From sequence record NC_070956.1: a DNA stretch of 64,000 bases; one strand, 5' to 3'. Shown piece by piece: positions 56,465-64,000 of this stretch (positions are counted from its first letter, which is position 1; each line of letters opens with the position of its first letter). Both the position numbers and the translations under genes were made by a program. The notes below the pieces were generated by a model that ran no database searches, was not told where the DNA came from, and worked only from the letters and a program-made list of their open reading frames with translations.

Positions 56465-57973
56465 ATGATCCGTCAATCAACCATTCTGGCGATGACCCCT
56501 ATCGCCATGGAACTCTCCAACAAAAACATCGATTTGTCTGATAAGGTTGGCGACATCATCAAAGGTCTGAACGATGTTTCTGCTGGCGCTGCTGCCATGA
56601 CCGAAGACAACGTTGCTGTGAACCTTCCCGAAGCTGCTGATGATGGCGATCACTCCATGATCCAAGCCGAGGTCAATGCTCGTCTCGCTGCGGTTATCCG
56701 CGCAAGTATGGGTGTGATCAGCAACTGTGTCAAACCGATCCTGAAGGACGCAGACCGTCTGATCTCCAACTGCATTGGTGAAGGCGGTGCTCTCGATGCA
56801 GCGCTCTCTCAGATCCGTATCGACATGACCAACATGGAACCGGCGTTCCTGTCTTCGGGGATGTGTCCTTCTGAAGTCCCCGCTTCTTTCGCTCAGAACC
56901 CCACCATCAATGTGAACAACATTATCAAGGGTAACTGGCCGCGCATCGAAGACGCCCACGAAGTGTATCAGCTGATCAACGTCGATGTTGACGTTATCAA
57001 CCCGTTCCTGACCGATCCGGACGAAGTCAAGAAAGTCTATAACGACTTCTTCGCCGACAAGTACTACTGGAGCATCTTCGAGAGTCGTGTCCGTGAAGGT
57101 GACGTGGTGAACGTTCTGAATCCGCATCACTACAAGTTCAGTTCTTTCCGTTCTATGGTCATCCTGTCCCTGTTGGTTAACAAGTTCCGTTCCATGGACG
57201 ATCCGTTCGATGGCGTGATGGGTGTCTCACTGGAAGACTACCGCGCCAACCTGAACTTCCTCCGTGACCTGACCAACACAGTTCTGGCTCGTTTCCGCTT
57301 TGTATGGCTGGATCGCGCCAAGGCTGGTCTGGTGATCATCGATGAAGACGTCAAGGTAGCTCCGGCTACTTTCGGACCGTTGGAAGGTATCGAGACTGTT
57401 CAGGGCACCATCCGGATTGGCTATAACAACTCCATGCTGGAAGTGTTCGCCAATAAGGAAGAAGAGTCCATCATCGACTACGCTCTGGGGTATACTTACG
57501 CCAAGTACCGTGGTTACAAGGTACGTGATGTTATCACTGATGGCGATGTTGTCGTAAGTGCGTACAAGGAGTACATTCACGGTATCTCTGCCGCCATGAT
57601 CGTTAACGCGGACAAGCAGGGTCGTGAAGCATTCCTGACAGCCTGCCGTAACTTCTCCACTGATGAGAAGAACAAGGGTTACCTGGAAGTCATCAAATCT
57701 GATGTTCCTCTGAGCAATCGCATTGCGGTGGCTGTCAACTCCAGGATCAATCTGGAAGGTTTCTTCACTGAATACCTGGTGAACGGGATTGCTCGTGGCG
57801 AGCGTTCCACCATGGGCACTGCTCTGGCTGTGGAGTTGGCTGAGATCTTTGGTTCTCCCATCGCCGCCGAGATTCTGAAGAACAACATGGGTGGTACTCC
57901 TGCCTCCATCGAACAGCAGCGGAAAATCCTGACTGGTTCTATCGTTGCTGCAATCCTCAAGCGACTGGTGTAA
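56465..57973 (+). CDS. virion head protein (phiKZ gp177-like by synteny)
   Basis: 502 aa, strong codon bias, position between vRNAP beta and the protease. Confidence 0.6.
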   Translation: MIRQSTILAMTPIAMELSNKNIDLSDKVGDIIKGLNDVSAGAAAMTEDNVAVNLPEAADDGDHSMIQAEVNARLAAVIRASMGVISNCVKPILKDADRLISNCIGEGGALDAALSQIRIDMTNMEPAFLSSGMCPSEVPASFAQNPTINVNNIIKGNWPRIEDAHEVYQLINVDVDVINPFLTDPDEVKKVYNDFFADKYYWSIFESRVREGDVVNVLNPHHYKFSSFRSMVILSLLVNKFRSMDDPFDGVMGVSLEDYRANLNFLRDLTNTVLARFRFVWLDRAKAGLVIIDEDVKVAPATFGPLEGIETVQGTIRIGYNNSMLEVFANKEEESIIDYALGYTYAKYRGYKVRDVITDGDVVVSAYKEYIHGISAAMIVNADKQGREAFLTACRNFSTDEKNKGYLEVIKSDVPLSNRIAVAVNSRINLEGFFTEYLVNGIARGERSTMGTALAVELAEIFGSPIAAEILKNNMGGTPASIEQQRKILTGSIVAAILKRLV

Positions 57974-57976
57974 TAC

Positions 57977-58726
57977 GTGATCGATATCACTACTCTTAAA
58001 CATGATCGAGGACTGCCTGGCGCAGTCCTCAAACTCATGCCTGATGGCTCCGCTGTCGCTACCAAGCGATTGAAGTGTTGTATACCCAAGAACTGGGAGC
58101 GGAGTAATCTTGCTGAGATCGCTGACGTTGTAACGACTATTCTGATGGTGGGTTTGATCTGTGACGGTAAGTATGCAATGCTGGGTGGAATGACTCGCAT
58201 TGTTATGAAGCCGGGTGAGATCGATGAAATCTCTATCGGTGGTACTCGGTACTACATCTTTGATTTCGAGCCGGGTGAAGTGGTTATCGAGAACATGACC
58301 ATTCCTCAGGACAGCAACATCGGATATTACTACTACCTCGAGTTCACCAAATATGCTCGACTACCGTGGTATTGTTCCGAGGCCAGTTTGCTCGCCGTTT
58401 ACGACGCAGCAAAGTTCTACACTGGCAAAGGGTTTGGGACCAGTAACCAATGTATCCGGGTTTTGTACGCACTTGTAATGCGTGATCCCAACAACCTGGA
58501 TTTACCATTCCGTTACTCCCCTGATTTAAACAAAGGTGGGAAACCGAAAATCATCGGTATCAACAACCCGGGTCAACTGCTCAACAGTACCTTCTCTCGT
58601 CTCTCGTCTGGTTATATGGCTGATAACATCATCGGTGGTATCCTCAACCCTGATACGAAGGTTACTGAGCTTGAAGAAGTAATCCGTGGTCTTCCTGCCG
58701 AACTGAGAGACAATAGCAATGTCTGA
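57977..58726 (+). CDS. phiKZ gp176/SPN3US gp244-like protein (proposed vRNAP beta' C-terminal piece)
   Basis: synteny directly before the prohead protease; IP......LAEI, LPWY, R.P.....FR motifs recalled. Confidence 0.55.
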   Translation: MIDITTLKHDRGLPGAVLKLMPDGSAVATKRLKCCIPKNWERSNLAEIADVVTTILMVGLICDGKYAMLGGMTRIVMKPGEIDEISIGGTRYYIFDFEPGEVVIENMTIPQDSNIGYYYYLEFTKYARLPWYCSEASLLAVYDAAKFYTGKGFGTSNQCIRVLYALVMRDPNNLDLPFRYSPDLNKGGKPKIIGINNPGQLLNSTFSRLSSGYMADNIIGGILNPDTKVTELEEVIRGLPAELRDNSNV

Positions 58727-59564
58727 AATTAGTTTCGGGAATATCATCCTGGCTAACAGCGGTAAACAGGGCATACTGAAACCCGACGCTACCGGTCGTT
58801 ATCTGTTGAATGCTGGCGGGTTCAATATCGCCAATGCTAGCGGGATTAACTATCCCGCTAACCAATACATCATCTCCCAGATGGACAAGAACTCCGACCT
58901 GATGCGTCGTGTCAGTCAGGGTTATTGCAAGATGGAAGTTGAACATCCTGAACCTTTCGTTTATGTGGAAGAGAACGGTGTTCGCTACAAGAAAGCAATG
59001 ACTTCCATTCTGGAGTGGATCAACCGGCTCCGTAGCTACGATCCTGATCGTATTTGCGGACTCATCAGTGAGATCGCTTTCCGTCCCACAGATCCCAATG
59101 ATCTGACCAAGCCGATCTACAACATGATCTACTGTGAACCCTTCGGTCCCCGTGGACCTGAGTTCAAAGAGTCACTGAACAACCCCCGTCACAACACAGC
59201 CGTTTCCATCCGTACTCAAGTTTCCCCTTTCCGTCCTGGTGACAACAAGAAAGAAGTCGAGTACTGGGTTGGTTATGACTGGGTCGGTGAGCCTGGCATG
59301 GTTCATGCCAACAAGCACATGACTGCTGGTTGTGAATCGCTGATCCTCAATCTGAACGACAACGTACAGAAGTTCAAGGTCGCTGACGTTCTGGATGCAA
59401 TGGAAGAGATGTTCACAGATGCCACCGCTAATGCTGAAGCTCTGGAGCGGGTTGGTGGTATGGAGTCTCTCAATGCCATGCGTGAAATGCACAACCGTCT
59501 GAAGCAGAATTACCGCACAGGCGAAACTGTTCGGATGGGTGCCAGCTTTGCCGATATCTTCTAA
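58719..59564 (+). CDS. prohead (head maturation) serine protease, phiKZ gp175-like
   Basis: MEVEHP (His), PFGPRG...L.NP..NTAVSIRT (Ser), YDWVGEPG; synteny. Confidence 0.85.
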   Translation: MSEISFGNIILANSGKQGILKPDATGRYLLNAGGFNIANASGINYPANQYIISQMDKNSDLMRRVSQGYCKMEVEHPEPFVYVEENGVRYKKAMTSILEWINRLRSYDPDRICGLISEIAFRPTDPNDLTKPIYNMIYCEPFGPRGPEFKESLNNPRHNTAVSIRTQVSPFRPGDNKKEVEYWVGYDWVGEPGMVHANKHMTAGCESLILNLNDNVQKFKVADVLDAMEEMFTDATANAEALERVGGMESLNAMREMHNRLKQNYRTGETVRMGASFADIF

Positions 59565-59574
59565 TACCTAAATT

Positions 59575-59610
59575 GAGTAACCAGGGCTTCGGTCCTGGTT
59601 ACTCTTTTCT
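59575..59610 (+). terminator. intrinsic terminator
   Basis: GAGTAACCAGGGC-TTCG-GTCCTGGTTACTC + TTTTCT. Confidence 0.9.
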
Positions 59611-59667
59611 TTTGTACTCAGCTTTAATTATATTGTTAAGCAATCGTCATTAACCAAGGAAATAGAA

Positions 59668-60240
59668 ATGAACTTTGACCACCTCCGTATTTACACGCAA
59701 CTCCGCGCACTGATCCAAACTGCGTACACCATCAAGAACACCCGTACCGCCATGGTATCCACCTGGGATGAACTCAAGGACGCCGATGGTAAGGAAATCA
59801 TCGTGGAACAGTACATGACCAGGGCGAAAGCTCAGTTGGTTCAGATGTACGCACGTCGTCTGATGAAGTACATGGAAAGTATCGCCAACCTGGACGTCAT
59901 CCCGATGACCACCGAAGATGTCAAAATCGGTAATTGGCGTGTGGACTCCATCATCATCCAACTGGCCAGTAACGAGATCAAAGATCACGACCACATGTTC
60001 CAGCTGATGATGACCAACATCTATGGCGTCACGACCAAGATGTTCGATTTCATCGACTCCGGGTTCAAACTGGAGAAGCTGTTGGACTTGATGTCCAAGC
60101 AATATCTCTCCAGCTTCGAAGAACTCAAAGACGAGTCCTTTGAGGTATCTGAGGAATGGGCCGAAGATCTCATCAAGGCGTTCATCAATGGTGAACTCCA
60201 GGATCCCGGTTTCAAACTGTTGTCTCTGACCAAGAAGTAA
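59668..60240 (+). CDS. hypothetical protein (190 aa)
   Basis: AAGGA SD, strong codon bias. Confidence 0.8.
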   Translation: MNFDHLRIYTQLRALIQTAYTIKNTRTAMVSTWDELKDADGKEIIVEQYMTRAKAQLVQMYARRLMKYMESIANLDVIPMTTEDVKIGNWRVDSIIIQLASNEIKDHDHMFQLMMTNIYGVTTKMFDFIDSGFKLEKLLDLMSKQYLSSFEELKDESFEVSEEWAEDLIKAFINGELQDPGFKLLSLTKK

Positions 60241-60250
60241 AACCTACTAT

Positions 60251-60287
60251 TAGAACTAGGAACCTAACGGTTCCTAGTTCTATTTTT
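60251..60287 (+). terminator. intrinsic terminator
   Basis: TAGAACTAGGAACC-TAAC-GGTTCCTAGTTCTA + TTTTT. Confidence 0.9.
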
Positions 60288-60301
60288 AATCGGTCTATTT
60301 A

Positions 60302-60326
60302 TTTTCGGATATACATTATTAACATG
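60302..60326 (+). promoter_or_regulatory. variant early promoter
   Basis: TTTT-N6-TACATTATTA-N2-ATG: same spacing as the motif, with three mismatches. Confidence 0.45.
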
Positions 60327-60394
60327 AGCATAGAGCATTGAACAACCGCGGACCACTTCCGGTAAAACTCTTGTCTCTTTAAAGGAGAAACAAT

Positions 60395-61453
60395 ATGTTT
60401 AACGACTACTACGGATTTCGCACCTCCATTAATGGCGGTGTGACATTCACCATCACCCCGCTAGGGGATAGACAGTATCTGGAATTCCATCTTCGGGATT
60501 TGGATACTGGTGAAATGAAAGTATCCAGGATGAACCTCACCGCCGTGTCCGGTGGAACACTTTGTTCACTCCTGCTTCGGATGATGACCCATATGGAAAG
60601 TGGGGGTGGAAAGAAGACCTTCAAGTGGGATGGCTCTATTCCATTAGTGTTTGTTTACGAAATAGGTATTGGGATACGGATCTGCGCAGATGGGAAACAT
60701 TATGTGTTCCTGTCTGGTAACAAGAACTTGTTGCTGCGTGGATTGGAATCAATCGGTGAGATGACGGAAGCGTGTGTCAAGAAAGACTATGACTACGCCC
60801 AGCATATCGCCTATTGTTACAGGTTACTCCCGAACTATGTGGATCAGGTATTCGAACAACAAGAATCCCGGGTCCGGATGGTTCACAATACCAGGTTCGG
60901 TTTCGACATCTGTCACGAAGACAAGCAAGGTAGCTTCCGGCTTTCCTTTGGTGGGAAACGTCTTGATGTTATCGAGATCCACGAAATGATAGTTGCAATC
61001 ATCAAGTTAACTTGTAGCGTTAACGATGGTAAAACAATCAACATCGGAAAGTACATCTTTACCAACCTCGATACAGAGAGCGGGGATCGTTACATTGGAA
61101 TTTTCCGTAACGCGATTCACGTTTCTTGTCGTGCCAAAATGATACTGGTGGGTACTGGAGAACTGGAAGCTATTGTCCAATCTCTGGGTAACATCATTTT
61201 CATGGAGACGACACGTCGTGGAAGTGATAGTAAAGAACTGGCTCGTTTCACCAGAGCAGAGAGCGAAAACCTGAAGAAGAACGTACAGCGACTGTGCGAG
61301 CTTTACAGCGATCGTCACAAATGGACGGACCAAGTTTACACCTGGTTGAGAGAATGCACTACAATGAGCTTACAAGAGCTCTCAGTGGAGTACGGTGGGG
61401 TACAGATCAATCGTAATAGACTGCTCCGTAGCAAACCGCTACTCAACAAGTAA
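60395..61453 (+). CDS. hypothetical protein (352 aa)
   Basis: AAGGAG SD. Confidence 0.8.
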   Translation: MFNDYYGFRTSINGGVTFTITPLGDRQYLEFHLRDLDTGEMKVSRMNLTAVSGGTLCSLLLRMMTHMESGGGKKTFKWDGSIPLVFVYEIGIGIRICADGKHYVFLSGNKNLLLRGLESIGEMTEACVKKDYDYAQHIAYCYRLLPNYVDQVFEQQESRVRMVHNTRFGFDICHEDKQGSFRLSFGGKRLDVIEIHEMIVAIIKLTCSVNDGKTINIGKYIFTNLDTESGDRYIGIFRNAIHVSCRAKMILVGTGELEAIVQSLGNIIFMETTRRGSDSKELARFTRAESENLKKNVQRLCELYSDRHKWTDQVYTWLRECTTMSLQELSVEYGGVQINRNRLLRSKPLLNK

Positions 61454-61478
61454 TTTCCTACTCATGTAGGGATGAGGT

Positions 61479-61505
61479 GGAGGAACAATTCCGTTCCTCC
61501 TTTTT
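61479..61505 (+). terminator. intrinsic terminator
   Basis: GGAGGAAC-AATTCC-GTTCCTCC + TTTTT. Confidence 0.75.
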
Positions 61506-61569
61506 CGCAGTGCTACCCCGTAAAACGGATGACTGCATTATTGCCATGGCTAAACGCCTAGGAGTAATT

Positions 61570-62553
61570 ATGAACGTTATGAAAATGATTCACGCGCCGC
61601 TTGACAATCTCGGTGAGTACCACGTCGGGATGTTCCCCGAAGATCCTGAACGAGTCTACTTGATGGACTTAAACTTCCACGAACACAATTCCATGGTGAT
61701 CCATCGCTACACCAAACACGAAATGGGTGAACTCGCAAAGATATTCAAGAGTGTTCTTACCTCCATGCAATTTGCAAGGAACGCGACCATCAAGTTCGAT
61801 GTTGTTGAATACGGCGTCTCGGTCATCAAAGGGGCGAGTATCGAGATCCGTAATCTCGAACACGTTCATCGCCCTAATCTGACAATGAGATTCTGGGGAC
61901 GGGCGAGTGATAAAGACCCTAGCGGTGAACTCGATTGGTTCTCCCAGACTGAGCGTGCACTACTGGTCCTTTCTGAAATCTTCGGAACAATGCACGAGCT
62001 TAACGAACCAGGTAAGAAAGGAAAACTCTCGACAGTGATGCGGTTGTTTAAGAAGTATTCGTCAGAACATGAACTATCGGAAAAGCAGTTTGTCGATTTC
62101 ATCGGCGCTACCAGACCAGATAGACGTGAACTGATAAACGACATCATCATGATCGGGCACTCGCTGAGCGATGGTCCTGTTCACCATTCCGGGTTAACGT
62201 TTGCGAGTACCGCTGACCACTATCATCTTGCACTGGATAAAGGAGAACACCTCCCTGCATTGATAAACAGTTTCAGCAAAGTAGTCCGGGGTGAAGATGC
62301 CGTGGATCACTTCACGGAATACAACGGGGAATATCCCTGGATGTCCCATAGCTTTATGGGTTATTCTGCAAAGAAAGGGATGCCCGCCTGGAGAGACCGA
62401 ACTGTCGTTATGGGGTATAACACCTACATGAAGACAGGACGGTTCAGTACTTTGACGAGTGTAGATGTACTTGAGTATATTGTTCAAGTACTTATCGAAA
62501 TTGAGGAACGAGTGAAACGACTAGTCGAACTCTATCCTCCTAAGACCAAGTAG
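61570..62553 (+). CDS. hypothetical protein (327 aa)
   Basis: AGGAG SD before the ATG at 61570. Confidence 0.8.
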   Translation: MNVMKMIHAPLDNLGEYHVGMFPEDPERVYLMDLNFHEHNSMVIHRYTKHEMGELAKIFKSVLTSMQFARNATIKFDVVEYGVSVIKGASIEIRNLEHVHRPNLTMRFWGRASDKDPSGELDWFSQTERALLVLSEIFGTMHELNEPGKKGKLSTVMRLFKKYSSEHELSEKQFVDFIGATRPDRRELINDIIMIGHSLSDGPVHHSGLTFASTADHYHLALDKGEHLPALINSFSKVVRGEDAVDHFTEYNGEYPWMSHSFMGYSAKKGMPAWRDRTVVMGYNTYMKTGRFSTLTSVDVLEYIVQVLIEIEERVKRLVELYPPKTK

Positions 62554-62559
62554 TGTGGC

Positions 62560-62585
62560 AGGGTGGAGACTTCGGTCTCCACCCT
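62560..62585 (+). terminator. terminator hairpin
   Basis: AGGGTGGAGAC-TTCG-GTCTCCACCCT. Confidence 0.85.
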
Positions 62586-62616
62586 ATAAACCTTTATTAT
62601 TTCTTTGCTCTATATC

Positions 62617-62641
62617 TTTTCAAATCGATATTATTAAGGTG
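62617..62641 (+). promoter_or_regulatory. putative phage early promoter
   Basis: TTTT-N6-GATATTATTA-N2-GTG (exact consensus). Confidence 0.7.
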
Positions 62642-62695
62642 TATGCAAGGCCATATAAATTAACTAATCTTCAACAATGACTAGAGGAAATACCC

Positions 62696-63667
62696 ATGAA
62701 TGATTTCATCGCTGCTCGTTTCGGACATAACGTTTTCATCGGCTTCGATCTGGAGACACCTGATTGCTTGGATGTGATCAGTGCTTCCGGTGAACGCATG
62801 GAAGTGCTGGCGATCAGCCATTACCGTCAAGATGCTCGCGGAATGTTCCGTGATCGTCGTTACGCACTGGTCCGTGCTATTGAAGGGATGCTGATCCATC
62901 TCTCCGTTCTCCCCAACGAGAAGCACATCAAAGCGTTTGACTTCCTGGAGCTGTCCTACATTCCAGGGGAAGGTTGCATGCTTCGTTACGATCGTCAGCG
63001 TGTATACCTGATGCGTTACCCGCGACACATCAAAGCTCAGGAATTCAATGTCTCTGGCTTGATCGTCGTCCTGACTCGTTTGATGAACTTGATCAAGGCC
63101 AACATCGAGTACTGTGACAATGACCTGAATGAAAAGGAAGCGCGTCTCAAGTACAAAGAGAATGACTACCTGATCAACACCCATCTTTACGAAGTGACCC
63201 GGATGGCAAGTCCTACTGGTAACTTCAATCGCAGTTATCAACGTTACTGGGCTTTGGCAGTTCGGATGTTCCAAGGTACCCAGGGAACTCCTACTGATCC
63301 GGCACAACCGTATGCTTACGCCAAGGTACGGTTCTACAGTCCGCGTGGTTTCATGATCTATCAGACTGGTGCTGGTGTTGGTTGCAAGGAACGAGATGCG
63401 AAACTGTTTGACGCTCTCGATCGTTGCCGCCTGGGCGATCATCTCCAAGTGGTGTACACTACTCAACGTGGTGCGATGACACTTTCAACTACTCCGGATT
63501 GCGAACCGGATGGTTATGGTGAAATCAACATGCACCTGGTCAGTGGTCCTGCCGGTAGTTCGTTAACCATCCCGTATGAAACAGACGCGATCGTGTTCAT
63601 TAAGAACTCCATCGCTGCGGCAAGTCGTGAAGCAACTGAAGCAGTCCGTGCACTGCGTTCGGCATAA
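62696..63667 (+). CDS. hypothetical protein (323 aa)
   Basis: GAGGA SD, downstream of the promoter motif. Confidence 0.8.
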   Translation: MNDFIAARFGHNVFIGFDLETPDCLDVISASGERMEVLAISHYRQDARGMFRDRRYALVRAIEGMLIHLSVLPNEKHIKAFDFLELSYIPGEGCMLRYDRQRVYLMRYPRHIKAQEFNVSGLIVVLTRLMNLIKANIEYCDNDLNEKEARLKYKENDYLINTHLYEVTRMASPTGNFNRSYQRYWALAVRMFQGTQGTPTDPAQPYAYAKVRFYSPRGFMIYQTGAGVGCKERDAKLFDALDRCRLGDHLQVVYTTQRGAMTLSTTPDCEPDGYGEINMHLVSGPAGSSLTIPYETDAIVFIKNSIAAASREATEAVRALRSA

Positions 63668-63684
63668 TCTAAGAGGAAGCTAAC

Positions 63685-64000
63685 ATGTCAGTAGAAAGCA
63701 TTAAGGAACGTGTTAAGAATTTCGTTAACATGTCCGGTATCGATGTGAACTTCAATGGTCGCATCATTACACCCAAGGCCAGGTTCCGTAAAGACCGGAT
63801 GAAGTCCACCCAGGAAGCCACTCGTCACTATCGCGAGATCAGGATTTCTGATGACGTACTGGACAACCTCGGAATCGAGAAAACGGATGGCAAGAACATC
63901 CCGACCATCGCCGAGTGTTTTGAAATGCTTCCTCCTCACTTCAAGCGGAAGGACAGCATCGTCAAGTACATGGAATCCCGCCGCACCGAATTTGACAACC
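63685..64000 (+). CDS. hypothetical protein, truncated by the window end
   Basis: GAGGA SD; open frame MSVESIKERVKNFVNMSGIDVNF... with no stop before 64000. Confidence 0.75.
   Translation, partial: MSVESIKERVKNFVNMSGIDVNFNGRIITPKARFRKDRMKSTQEATRHYREIRISDDVLDNLGIEKTDGKNIPTIAECFEMLPPHFKRKDSIVKYMESRRTEFDN

Noticed and set aside
59621-59641. TATATTGTTA as another early promoter copy
   Set aside because: Lacks the fixed upstream TTTT spacing and the downstream GTG; too divergent to call
5218-62585. Recurring GC-rich inverted repeats as a CRISPR array, REP elements or transposon ends
   Set aside because: The sequences differ from each other, lie singly after stop codons and often have UUCG/GAAA loops; they are ordinary intrinsic terminators
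1-64000. tRNA/rRNA genes or alternative genetic code
   Set aside because: No cloverleaf with T-loop and anticodon consensus in the short intergenic gaps; conserved genes are full length under code 11 and use TAA, TAG and TGA as stops

Overview
The window is a gene-dense segment of a phiKZ-related (Chimalliviridae-like) jumbo phage genome. It is most reminiscent of the EL/OBP branch: it has a GroEL-like chaperonin and an EL188-type modular endolysin directly after the virion RNA polymerase beta gene. About 1-24.3 kb and 59.6-64 kb are plus-strand early/accessory genes, organised by intrinsic terminators and a repeated promoter motif TTTT-N6-GATATTATTA-N2-GTG. They include a CYTH-WYL fusion, an LprI-like exported protein, a metallophosphoesterase, two paralogous minimal kinase-like proteins, ThyA, a HAD-GNAT fusion, DHFR, a micropeptide-ClpP-GroEL operon and a thymidine kinase with a large insertion. 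About 24.4-59.6 kb is the conserved core: virion proteins, a degenerate RNase H-like protein, an SF2 helicase, UvsX, split virion RNAP subunits, a tape measure protein with a GH19 domain, the endolysin and the prohead protease. I found no tRNA, rRNA, CRISPR array, intron, intein or mobile element. All family assignments come from motif recognition and recalled homologues (phiKZ/EL/SPN3US gene numbers are from memory); no database searches were run. Several starts were moved to the ATG that has a Shine-Dalgarno (SD) sequence.
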